A DNA stretch of 64,000 nucleotides from Eledone cirrhosa (Eukaryota). Made by a program: the position numbers and the translations under genes. Location: NCBI GenBank assembly GCA_964016885.1, contig OZ024757.1:27094001-27158000 (forward strand). The letters are read 5' to 3'. The notes under the pieces are model-generated. The model searched no databases and was not told the DNA's origin. It was given only the letters and a program-made list of their open reading frames with translations. Below are positions 27,347 through 36,465 of the stretch, one piece after another; position 1 is the first letter of the stretch, and each line of letters begins with the position of its first letter.

Positions 27347-30300
27347 TGTGTGCATACGTACACACACGTGCACTTACATACAAACGCACATGCATAATTG
27401 CTTTATCCTACCTACATAGAGAGAGAGAGAGATCTCATTGATATATGTGATGTATCTGTGTAGGCTCACTTACATGTGATATCTCAGTTATCTCACTCAC
27501 ATATATGTGTGTAGTATCACATATATGTGTGTAGTATCATATCCAAGTTATCTATTTAAAGCTGTATTTGTATTCGCATCATCAGTCTGGAACCCCTATC
27601 TTGCTCAGAACATTGACCTCCTGGAAACTGTTCAGAGACGTGCAACCAAGAAAATACCCTCCATCAGGCATCTACCATACTCTGAACGCCTTGCTTCCCT
27701 GGGCATGGATACATTGAAGCTCCGACGTCTGGCAATGGACTTGGTAAACACCCACAAAATTATTAACCATCTTGCCAACAACAACCCTGAGTACCTTTTT
27801 GATTTCCATGTGTCTAACACACGTGGACATGCCTACAAAGTCAGAAAACAGCACAGCTCCCATGACTTTCGGAAACATTTTTTCACACGCAGAGTTGCTG
27901 AAGCATGGAACAAACTCCCTGCATCAGTTATTAGCTGTCGGGACACTGCATCCTTTAAAACCTCCATGGAACAAACTACCTGCATCAGTTGTTAGCTGTT
28001 GGGACACTGCATCCTTTTAAAACCTCCATGGAACAAACTCCCTGCATCAGTTGTTAGCTGTCGAGACACTGCATCATTTAAAACCTCCATGGAACAAACT
28101 ACCTGCATCGGTTGTTAGCTGTCGAGACACTGCATCCTTTAAAACCTCCATGGAACAAACTACTTGCATCGGTTGTTAGCTGTCGAGACACTGCATCCTT
28201 TAACACCTCCATGGAACAAACTACCTGCATCAGTTGTTAGCTGTCGAGACACTGCATCCTTTAAAACCTCCATGGAACAAACTACCTGCATCGGTTGTTA
28301 GCTGCCGAGACACTGCATCCTTTAAAACCTCCATGGAACAAACTACCTGCATCAGTTGTTAGCTGCCGAGACACTGCATCCTTTAACACCTCCATGGAAC
28401 AAACTACCTGCATCGGTTGTTAGCTGTCGAGACACTGCATCCTTTAAAACCTCCATGGAACAAACTACCTGCATCAGTTGTTAGCTGCCGAGACACTGCA
28501 TCCTTTAACACCTCCATGCTTCCTGAGATTCGCCAACTCTGCACCTAATATTCCCCCTCCATACACACGGACATATGTATTTCATGACTCATACATTGTT
28601 CAGTTTCCTGACATTTGAACATTATTCTATGTACTATACATGCACTCACACACCTGTGTAGTCTCACTCATATGTAATATATATGTGTAGTTTTACTCAT
28701 ATGTAATATATATCTGTGTAGTCTTACTCGGATATATCTCTATTATGCCACTCATGTCAGCTGTCTATTCTGTGTAATTTCACTCACCTGTGTAACTAGT
28801 ACACCACACAAACAACTTTCTCCTTAGTTCTGCAGCCCCTCCCTGGCAGGCTTCATACACCTCATGGGGTCCTTTTTTAGTAACCTTTCACAACATACAG
28901 AAATATGGTATAGTTGTCATCATCACTATTTAACATTCATTTTTCCATGCTAGCATGGGTTAGATATGTTGTCCTGTTGTGAGACAAACCAGATCAGATT
29001 ACTGTGTCTTTCTCACACAGAACTGTTTCTGGCTTGGTTTATATGGCTGGGTACTCTTCCTAATGCCCAGAACATTTATAGTGTGGACTGGGCACTTTTT
29101 GTTGTGTCACCAACACAACCACTTTACAGTGTGTATTGGGTGCTTTTTATTGTGGCACTAAAGCGACCACATTACAGTGTGGGCTGGGCACTTTTTGTCA
29201 TGTTAGCAACAATGCTACTTGACAGTGTTGGCTTGGCATTTTTGTCATGTCATCAACAAGGTCACTTTCTTTAGCGGTGTAACTATAGTAACCTGGATAC
29301 ATATTGCAAAGCTAATTATATGATATACATCCCATTCAACTATAAACCACCTCTATAGATATTCAACTATTTCTTTATTTTCTTTTGTATTTTATTTTAT
29401 AATTTCAGATGTTGCTGAAGTCTGTTTATTTTTAGCTTCTAAACGCAGTGCATATATAACTGGGGCTTCTATAGAGGTTACAGGTTAGTTTATATTATAA
29501 TTGTTATAGACACATCATCATTTCACATCCATTTATGGTTTCACCGATTACTGGTCCAATTAGTGGTCATAGATTTTCTCCATTGTAATTATGTATTGTG
29601 ATAGGAAAATATGTATTATAATGTATGTATGGACCTGTAACTCTTGATGGAGTAGTAGGGGCGCCACATTAACATATGGCATATTTAAAAATCTGGCAGA
29701 GGTCCACTGCTATAGATATGATGATAGATCTATTGGAAAGTGGCTGTAAACATTTCCTAATATATTGTAATATAGGCAGCAAATTGGCAAAGTTGTTAAA
29801 GTGTTGGATAAGTGTTTGGTTTGTGCTCTCTACGAGTTAAAATCCCACTGAGGACAACTTTGTCTTTCATCTTTTCAAGGTTGATAAAAAAAGTACCACT
29901 CCAGTTCCAGTTACAGACTATGTAAGAGGGATCTATTGTAGCCCTGTATTACTAGGTACAGACTATGTAAGAGGGAGCTATTGTAGCCCTGTATTACTAG
30001 GTACAGACTATGTAAGAGGGATCTATTGTAGCCCTGTATTACTAGGTACAGATTATGTAAGAGGGATCTATTGTAGCCCTGTATTACTAGGTACAGACTA
30101 TGTAAGAGGGATCTATTGTAGCCCTGTATTACTAGGTACAGACTATGTAATAGGGAGCTATTGTAGCCCTGTATTACTAGGTACAGACTATGTAAGAGGG
30201 AGCTATTGTAGCCCTGTATTACTAGGTACAGACTATGTAAGAGGGAGCTATTGTAGCCCTGTATTACTAGGTACAGACTATGTAAGAGGGAACTATTGTA

Positions 30301-30819
30301 GCCCTGTATTACTAGGTACAGATTATGTAAGAGGGAACTATTGTAGCCCTGTATTACTAGGTACAGACTATGTAAGAGGGAGCTATTGTAGCCCTGTATT
30401 ACTAGGTACAGACTATGTAAGAGGGAGCTATTGTAGCCCTGTATTACTAGGTACAGACTATGTAAGAGGGAACTATTGTAGCCCTGTATTACTAGGTACA
30501 GATTATGTAAGAGGGAACTATTGTAGCCCTGTATTACTAGGTACAGATTATGTAAGAGGGAACTATTGTAGCCCTATATTACTAGGCACAGATTATGTAA
30601 GAGGAAGCTATTGTAGCCCTGTATTACTAGGTACAGACTATGTAAGAGGGAACTATTGTAGCCCTATATTACTAGGTACAGATTATGTAAGAGGGAACTA
30701 TTGTAGCCCTGTATTACTGGGTAATCATTTCTGTCACACTACACTTGCCTACAATATATTTTCTACACAGTGTTTAATTAAACATTTTTTTGCCTTTATT
30801 AGGTGGACTCAATTTCTAA
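6953..30819 (+). CDS. HSD17B8: Spliced gene (8 coding exons, 254 aa): classical SDR, 17-beta-hydroxysteroid dehydrogenase type 8 / (3R)-3-hydroxyacyl-CoA dehydrogenase-like
   Basis: Exons 6953-6998, 19312-19440, 21531-21718, 24001-24096, 24662-24747, 27150-27277, 29409-29483 and 30803-30819 join in frame (765 nt) with GT-AG introns. The protein has TGAASGIG (Rossmann), an Asp after beta2 (AAVDIN, NAD preference), VNSAGI, catalytic Ser and YAASK, IRVNSVLPGFIATPMT and a C-terminal YITGASIEVTGGL as in HSD17B8. Orthology is by motif recognition, not search. Confidence 0.88.
8701..8955 (+). mobile_element. CR1/L2-type LINE 3' end
   Basis: RVAEAWNKLPASVV C-terminus, 3'UTR and (ATT)-like tail; homologous to 20352-21052. 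Confidence 0.8.
8979..10050 (+). mobile_element. Non-autonomous Helitron/Helentron-like element(s)
   Basis: Terminus actagcag.ggtacccggcgtt..cggg occurs twice (8979, 10020); internal aagttt..tgaaaatcggt motif; tatagtagat end near 10003. Confidence 0.45.
10143..10390 (-). mobile_element. RTE LINE 3' fragment (same family as 32035-33072)
   Basis: Near-identical to 32035-32280; TYVDALRTDTGL..MAAMMRDRDRW. Confidence 0.85.
11393..11578. repeat. 48-bp tandem repeat (~4 copies) within a LINE/SINE tail
   Basis: Unit ttttacagtgattactgggtactttttgtcatgacacctccatgacca. Confidence 0.8.
11822..12730 (-). mobile_element. Head-to-tail cluster of about 5 family-1 SINEs
   Basis: Repeated ggcacaaggccagcaatt...gaaaggcaaagttaacc...ctctaccgat units. 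Confidence 0.85.
14802..15240 (-). mobile_element. Two tandem family-1 SINEs
   Basis: Same diagnostic motifs as 4144-4333, reverse orientation. Confidence 0.8.
15641..16159. repeat. Intronic foldback palindrome (arms ~210 bp)
   Basis: gagattttga... mirrored by ...caaaatctc; one mismatch seen in the non-repetitive part of the arms; ORFs 15758+ and 15761- have identical N-termini. Confidence 0.92.
16628..17335. repeat. GT-rich degenerate minisatellite
   Basis: Recurring gtgtctgt(g)ttgtgtgtaggggg units. Confidence 0.9.
17355..17700. repeat. (CAC/CAT/CAA)n trinucleotide repeat
   Basis: Direct inspection; a similar tract at 19465-19770. Confidence 0.9.
18000..18322 (-). mobile_element. tRNA-derived SINE family 2
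   Basis: tgtcttgctcaagaatacaatgc...ctctaacactaagccatgctcctt head; related copies at 24410, 39760, 41390, 47490 and 63600. Confidence 0.65.
18570..18798. mobile_element. piggyBac-type MITE with TTAA TSD
   Basis: ttaa|CCCTTTAGAATTT...AAATGCTAAAGGG|ttaa; other copies at 2730, 15554 and 57167-57297. Confidence 0.85.
19312..19440 (+). CDS. HSD17B8: HSD17B8-like exon 2 (GAASGIGRSICQVFAREGAKIAAVDIN...)
   Basis: Acceptor ctcag|, donor CAG|gtattt; completes the TGxxxGIG motif. Confidence 0.92.
20170..20333 (-). mobile_element. Family-1 SINE
   Basis: Diagnostic central motif. Confidence 0.8.
20352..21052 (+). mobile_element. CR1/L2-type LINE 3' fragment
   Basis: ERDLGITVNSDSRWTKHI..YIAMVRPHFEFASPVWNPYLAQNID motifs, 3'UTR and (ATT)n tail. 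Confidence 0.85.
21153..21195 (-). ncRNA. Minimal hammerhead ribozyme-like motif (U3-A8 variant), antisense in intron 2
   Basis: Minus strand reads CAGUC-UUGAUAA-GGAG(CAACAA)CUCC-GAAA-CAAUUG-UC-AACUG, with a palindromic helix III and GUC triplet. Confidence 0.55.
21531..21718 (+). CDS. HSD17B8: HSD17B8-like exon 3 (...AVNSAGIIRDNLLL...VINVNLK)
   Basis: Acceptor ttgtag|, donor AAG|gtttgt; NSAG motif. Confidence 0.92.
21743..23386. repeat. 23-bp minisatellite (~71 copies), intron 3
   Basis: Unit gttattgtggaagtagagtttgt. Confidence 0.97.
23470..23820. repeat. Degenerate TAG/GTG-rich tandem repeat
   Basis: Recurring tagtagtgagtggtgtagtgtttggtc. Confidence 0.8.
24001..24096 (+). CDS. HSD17B8: HSD17B8-like exon 4 (GTYLVMKAVA...GSIINLASIVGK)
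   Basis: Acceptor tgacag|, donor AAG|gtaagg; contains the catalytic Ser. Confidence 0.92.
24662..24747 (+). CDS. HSD17B8: HSD17B8-like exon 5 (CGNIGQCNYAASKAGVEGLSKSAAKELS)
   Basis: Acceptor ctgtag|, donor CAG|gtaaat; YxxxK active-site motif. Confidence 0.93.
24738..26211 (+). repeat. 37-bp minisatellite (~40 copies) made from the exon5/intron5 junction
   Basis: Unit aactttccag|gtaaattctgttcctatatctcaacat; the first unit overlaps the real donor. Confidence 0.97.
26212..26485 (+). mobile_element. CR1/L2-type LINE 3' end
   Basis: catgactttcagaaacatttt... homologous to 27860 onward; (ATT)n tail. Confidence 0.85.
26500..26922 (+). mobile_element. Two tandem family-1 SINEs separated and flanked by tatatctcaatataa
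   Basis: SINEs at 26500-26690 and 26704-26922; the 15-mer recurs at about 26484, 26690 and 26925. Confidence 0.85.
27150..27277 (+). CDS. HSD17B8: HSD17B8-like exon 6 (FNIRVNSVLPGFIATPMT...RRLGTPE)
   Basis: Acceptor ttacag|, donor AAG|gtttgt; frame consistent. Confidence 0.93.
27545..28645 (+). mobile_element. CR1/L2-type LINE 3' fragment with an internal 61-bp tandem expansion
   Basis: VWNPYLAQNIDLLETVQRRATKKIP..YSERLASLGMDTLKLRRL..RVAEAWNKLP; ~10 units of 61 bp at 27904-28518. Confidence 0.9.
29409..29483 (+). CDS. HSD17B8: HSD17B8-like exon 7 (DVAEVCLFLASKRSAYITGASIEVT)
   Basis: Acceptor tttcag|, donor CAG|gttagt. Confidence 0.92.
29912..30722. repeat. 45-bp minisatellite (~18 copies), intron 7
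   Basis: Unit gtacagactatgtaagagggagctattgtagccctgtattactag. Confidence 0.97.
30803..30819 (+). CDS. HSD17B8: HSD17B8-like exon 8 (GGLNF-stop)
   Basis: Polypyrimidine tract plus ttag|, then GT GGA CTC AAT TTC TAA, completing the family's VTGGL ending. Confidence 0.8.
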
Positions 30820-31521
30820 AGCAAGTGATTCCTGATTCAACCTGAAAATAATTAATACCTTTGATCATAAATTAGCTGTGACTCACAATCACCTTATGAT
30901 TAACCAAATCTACCAAGTCTAAGAATTCATATCAAAGCTGGAAATATATCCTTTATTTTTTAATTGTTTTTATTTCAGATTTTGTTTTTACTGCCAAAAG
31001 GCAATTATAATATATATATAAATATATATATATATACACACACACAAACACATTGGCTTGTGTATCCCAGTTCTTAGAACAGGTACACCATATACCTGCA
31101 TGTTGTAAGGGGCAACTGAAAGGGCTTCTAGTTTAAAACATTGCCTCAGAAAATCCTGTCTAACCCATGCCAACATTGAAAAGTGGATGTAAAGACGATG
31201 ATGATTCTTGTTGCCAACCCATGCTTTTCAGTTTTGGTAAAGATTCACTGACATAATTAGTTTTTGGATGTGTGGAGATGCGTATACATACATACACATA
31301 CCTAGAAACCGTGGGCTTCCTTACAGTTTCCGTCTACCAAATTCACTCACAAGGCATTAGTTGGCCCAGCACTATAAAAGAATGACTTTTGCCCAACATG
31401 TCACACATTGGGACCATACAGGAAACCTAATGTTTGATATATATATATATATATACATATAATTTAAAAAGATATATATATATATAGAGAGAGAGAGGAG
31501 CGTAATTGATACCTTAACATA

Positions 31522-31581
<60 letters not shown>

Positions 31582-31802
31582 CTACTGTACAATTCTTCCA
31601 TTTTGAATAAATTATTTTGAACTAAGTATGTATATATCTTTTTACATTCAGGATTTCTGTATGTATATATATGTATGTATATGTAGAAATCTAGCCAGAA
31701 ACAGTTCTATATGAGCAGGGCATGGTCACCTGACCCAACTTGCCTCAAATGGGACAGCCTGTCTAACCCATGCTAGCATGGAAAGTGGACGTTAAACGAT
31801 GA

Positions 31803-31858
<56 letters not shown>

Positions 31859-32034
31859 GTATGTATGTATTTATATATATATATCTGTATGTATTTATAT
31901 ATACCTATATATCTGTATGTATTTATATATATCTCTAGGATTCTTATATATTTGATATATATTTATCCTTATCGAGCCCTCTTTGGATTTTAGTCTTCAC
32001 ACTTATTATTATTACTATATATATATCAGTATAT

Positions 32035-33072
32035 CTAGGGCTGGTAAAATTCCCGAGATCGATGGACAAGTTCTCTCCAGCGGTCTCTGTCCCTCATTAT
32101 TGCTGCCATGTCCTGCGTCTCCAACAGACCAGTGTCTGTCCTTAGGGCATCAACATACTTCCTCTTCCAGTGTGTCCATGTAGGGGCTCCACAGGAGCAC
32201 TGAGTGCAATGTCAACTCTGGATGTCGGTGAGCATATCCAGCTAACCTCAGTCTCCTCTGTGTCACTTTTGAGCTGACTTTTGGGAGGCTCCCATACAGC
32301 TCTGAGTTTTTCATCTTTAGTGTATACTGATTAATGTTAAGAGCCATCCTCAGCATTCTCGTGTAGCACCCATCCACCATCTGAGAGAGTTTCTTGGTCA
32401 GTGTCCAAGTCTCAGACCCGTACAGCAGCACAGACTCCACTTCAGCAATGAAGAGGCGGATTTTCAGGTCTTTACGAAGGTCCGAGTTCCACACCGATCT
32501 CAAGCTGTGGCATGCCACCCAGGCTTTGCTCTTCCTCTCAACCACATCATCTTCCATATTCCCAATCTTTGCTCCCAAATACAGGAAGTCCTCAACCAAT
32601 TCTAGCAGCTTCCCACCTACATTAGTAATCCCCTCTGGCTTCTCAACATTCTCTACCAGATATTTTGTTTTAGTCTCATTCATTCTCAGCCCCACACTCA
32701 TCGACACAGTCTCAACCTCCTGCATCAAATCCTTCACTGATTCTGTGGACCGTCACTGCCTAATGAAGATCTTACAGGCTTATGGAATCCTCAAGAAGAT
32801 AGTGGACCTGATATCACTGCTCTACACCAACACCAAAGCACAAGTCATTACACCTAATGGGATGACAGAGTTCTTTGAGATACTGGGTGGAGTGCTCCAG
32901 GGAGATACATTGGCTCCCTACCTTTTTATCATCGTAGTGGACTATTGTATGCGCCTTGCACTGGAGAAACACCAGGACTCTGGCTTTACTGTAGCACCGG
33001 CTCAGAGCAGGAGAGTTAAGGTGAAAAAGATATTGGATGCTGAATTTGCCGACGACATAGTTTTGGTGACAA
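32035..33072 (-). mobile_element. 5'-truncated, 5'-inverted RTE LINE insertion with 16-bp TSD
   Basis: Minus-strand RT C-terminus at 32035-32737 (VGLRMNETKTK..FLYLG..LLYGSETW); plus-strand RT core at 32738-33072 (GVLQGDTLAPYLF..FADDIVL); TSD atatatatcagtatat at 32019-32034 and 33073-33088. Confidence 0.9.
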
Positions 33073-33389
33073 ATATATATCAGTATATATGTGTGTGTAT
33101 ATGTATCTGTATGTATTTATATTTTTAAGCAATACATCATGTTTACAACACAATCCAAATTATTAGAGGTATCCATCAGAGTGGACTCGTATGGTAATTG
33201 AGGGAAATACCATTAGACTGTGTACATGCCACATATAGTAATAGATAACAACTGTCACAACTAAAAACAAAGGAGGCAAGAAATCTACATAAATACTTAC
33301 ATATTGATGGCACCACAACCTCCCTACTGTTGATAATCTTCACAATAAATGTACCAAGTACACATTTGATGAGCATATAATATGTATAT

Positions 33390-34178
33390 CATCATCGTTT
33401 AATATTTATCTTCCACGCTAGATGGGAATTGTCCCACTTGAGGCAAGATTGGTCGGGAGACCGTGTCTCGCTCATATAGGACTGTATCCGGCAGGTTTTC
33501 TACGGCTGGATGCCCTTCCTAACACATTTACAGTGTGGACTGGGAGCCTTTTTACCCTGTCTCCTACACGACTACTTTACAGCGGTATAAGCTCTCTGAA
33601 CTTTTTCCATCCCGTTCTGATTATGGCTACTGTACTTTCAGAACACCCTCCACCACTGCTGATATTGTCACCCAGGTAACGGAAAATGTCCACTATTTCT
33701 ATAGAACCATCTGGGCAATAGAAGGAGCTGGTATCCTGTGGACACTTCCTACTTATTGCACCTGAGCTTCGGTCACATATAAAGTCTACGTTCTTAGATA
33801 GTTTACCTGTGATCCCACTACATCTTTTATGTACCCATACTTTGCATTTGGGACATAAAATGGAATTTCTGCCTACTCCTTTCCTACACACTGAACATGG
33901 CCATTTCCCTGAGGGCACATGTGCCCTATTTTCCTTTCTACAAACTAGAACTTTAGTCTTAGACATGTTAACTTTAAGGCCTTTTGATTCTAGGCCATGC
34001 TTCCATGTTTGGAATTTCTTCTCTAGTTCAGCCATTGATTCAGCTCTGAGCGTTAGATCATCTGCGTATAGGAGTTCCCATGGGCAGCCGGTCTTGAACT
34101 CCTCTGTTATAGCCTGAAGGGCAATAATAAATAGGAGGGGGCTAAGGACAGTGCCTTGATGAACACCAACTTTTACAC

Positions 34179-34180
<2 letters not shown>
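33390..34180 (-). mobile_element. RTE LINE fragment: RT with Cys/His (PHD-like) insert plus 3' tail
   Basis: GVHQGTVLSPLLF..LLYADDL..CSVCRKGVGRNSILCPKCKVWVHKRCSG..FRYLGD; (GAT)n-tailed 3' end. Confidence 0.9.
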
Positions 34181-34215
<35 letters not shown>

Positions 34216-35035
34216 ACAGAGGACAGGAAATAACAAGGCCTCAAAATAAAGAAACTGGGTTATTTCTCAGACTACAAACTTCAATTTTTAATCAATGGAA
34301 TGAAAATCAGAAAGAATACTCATTATAAAACAGGGTTAAAATATTGTATTTCTAATTGTTATATTCTATAGTGCCATATTATGATGATGTGTGTATATAT
34401 CTCTATATATACACACATATCATCATAATATATATATATATAGAAATAATAAATGTGAAGACTAAAATCCGAAGAGGGCTTGATGAGGATTATATATCAA
34501 AATATATGAATATATCTATATTCATGAATATGTTTATATATGTCTATATATCCACCTTTTTCTCCTTATGACCAAAATTGAGAACTGATGTAGCCATCCA
34601 TCTATATATACAGAACACAACAAAGATGAATATAAATATCAGTTTAATTAACCCTGACCCTCCCCCCCCAAAAAAAAAGACATCTCACCCATTCGTCTTC
34701 CAGTGTCTTTAATGGAAATCGAATGGCATATATATATATATGCAGGTAAGAATACTTTATTATGTCATTACATCCTTCCTCAGACAGGCTGCTGACATCC
34801 GAAGACACCTGAGGTCTGTGCAGTAACCGTGTGGAGAGGAAGTGGCCAGACAAAATCCAGTATTTGTGACTGAAGAGACTAAGTTGGAGGTGAATAACAT
34901 ATCACAATGTGGTGTCCCAGATGAATGATTTAAGATAAAATTAGAAAAAAATGTGTTTTTAATTCCATTTTTAAATATCTTTTGTCGTTTCCAACCTCCT
35001 AGACATTCTTGTTTGAGTCACTCTCTTAAACGCAC

Positions 35036-35088
<53 letters not shown>

Positions 35089-35295
35089 CAGCTGGAGCTC
35101 AGCACACTACAGACTACTGGTTTAGTTTGGATCTAGCGCTGTCGAAACGGCCGGAGCTCACCTGCCCATATATGGACTGTACCCCTTGATAAGTTCAGCT
35201 AAGTCCCTACCATCCTAATACTACTGGTTTAGTTCAGATCTAGCTCTTGAAACACCTGGAGCTCAGCCGTCGGAGTACTAACTCTTTTCCAATAT

Positions 35296-35985
35296 CATCA
35301 TCATCGTTTAACGTCCATCTTCCACGCTTGCATGGGTTTGGACGGGAGTTTTCCCACTTGAGGCAAGATTGGTTGTCCTGGCGGGTTTTCTACGGCTGGA
35401 TGCCCTTCCTAACACCAACCATGTTTACAGTGTGGGGCTGGGAGGTTTTTACCGTCTTGCCTACACGGCCACATTACAGCGTGGACTGTGTGTTTTTTTG
35501 TCGTGACACCTACACGACCTCATTTGTTTCGGACTGGATGGTGTGGTACCAACATAACTTCACATTTAAGGGGGTGGTGGGACGGGGGTGTATTTTGTTA
35601 GGGGTGCCTACTGACTAGGTTTCATTTTGTACTTAGGCAAGGCGGGTCTTCTGTATAACTGTGTAGCGCCAAAGATCTCGGTACAGTGACATTGTCTTGG
35701 AGAGGTGGAAGTGTGTGAGGTCGGAATTTATCAAGTCGTCTCAGGTTTTTCTGGGTCTGCCTACTCCGTGGCTACCGTCTATTTTTATCGCCCTGCACTT
35801 TTTTATACAGCTGTCATCTTTCATGCGTATCACGTGACCGTACCAACGTAGTCTTCTCTCGAATAAACAACATGTGATCCCTCTTATTCCTAATTTCTCC
35901 TTTAGTTCATTTATGCTTTGCCGTTCACGTATATTACTATTACACATCCAGCGGAGCATGCAAGCTTCGTTTCTCTCCAGTCTGC
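35296..35985 (-). mobile_element. RTE LINE 3' end
   Basis: MLRWMCN..RRLRWYGHVIRM..GRPRKT followed by the (GAT)n-tailed 3'UTR. Confidence 0.85.
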
Positions 35986-36003
35986 GATATATATATATAT
36001 ATA

Positions 36004-36392
36004 TGAGGGCAATTGCAAAAGTAAGGTCTCCTTCCGATATTGCAACTTTTCCATTAAAATCCTGTGGATGGTGCTTTGGGAAACCTCAGGAATCAAAATG
36101 CAGAGAGCATCCAGAGTGATCCACAGATCTTTACGTATGTTTTCCTCGGAAGGAGACATTATTTTGGGATTGCCCTCGTATATAATAACTGTGCGAAATT
36201 CGCACTTGGCGGTAGCATTCAACGGGATCTCCATTCTCAACGGTTGCCAAGCCAAGATTGAGTATCCCAGTGAAGCACGCGCATGCTTGTTTGGGAGTGA
36301 AGGAAGCACCAATCACAACAGTGTTGCCAACAGCTGTACGAACAGTTTCTCTGCGTCCCCATCGCTTTGGAGACCTTTTGGGATTACCCTCG
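36004..36392 (-). mobile_element. Internally deleted mariner element
   Basis: TA-flanked TIR-like ends gagggcaattgcaaaag / ttttgggattaccctcg; transposase remnants CEFRTVI and VSQSTIHRILMEKLQYRK; an extra internal TIR at 36161-36181. Confidence 0.75.
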
Positions 36393-36465
36393 TATATATA
36401 TATATATATATGTATGTCAGGTCGCTTTTCAGCGCTACTGGTAACACATGCATGTAACCCAGTAC

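Noticed and set aside
31606-31611. AATAAA as the HSD17B8-like polyadenylation signal
   Set aside because: Plausible, but such hexamers are common in this AT-rich DNA; cannot be assigned without 3'-end data
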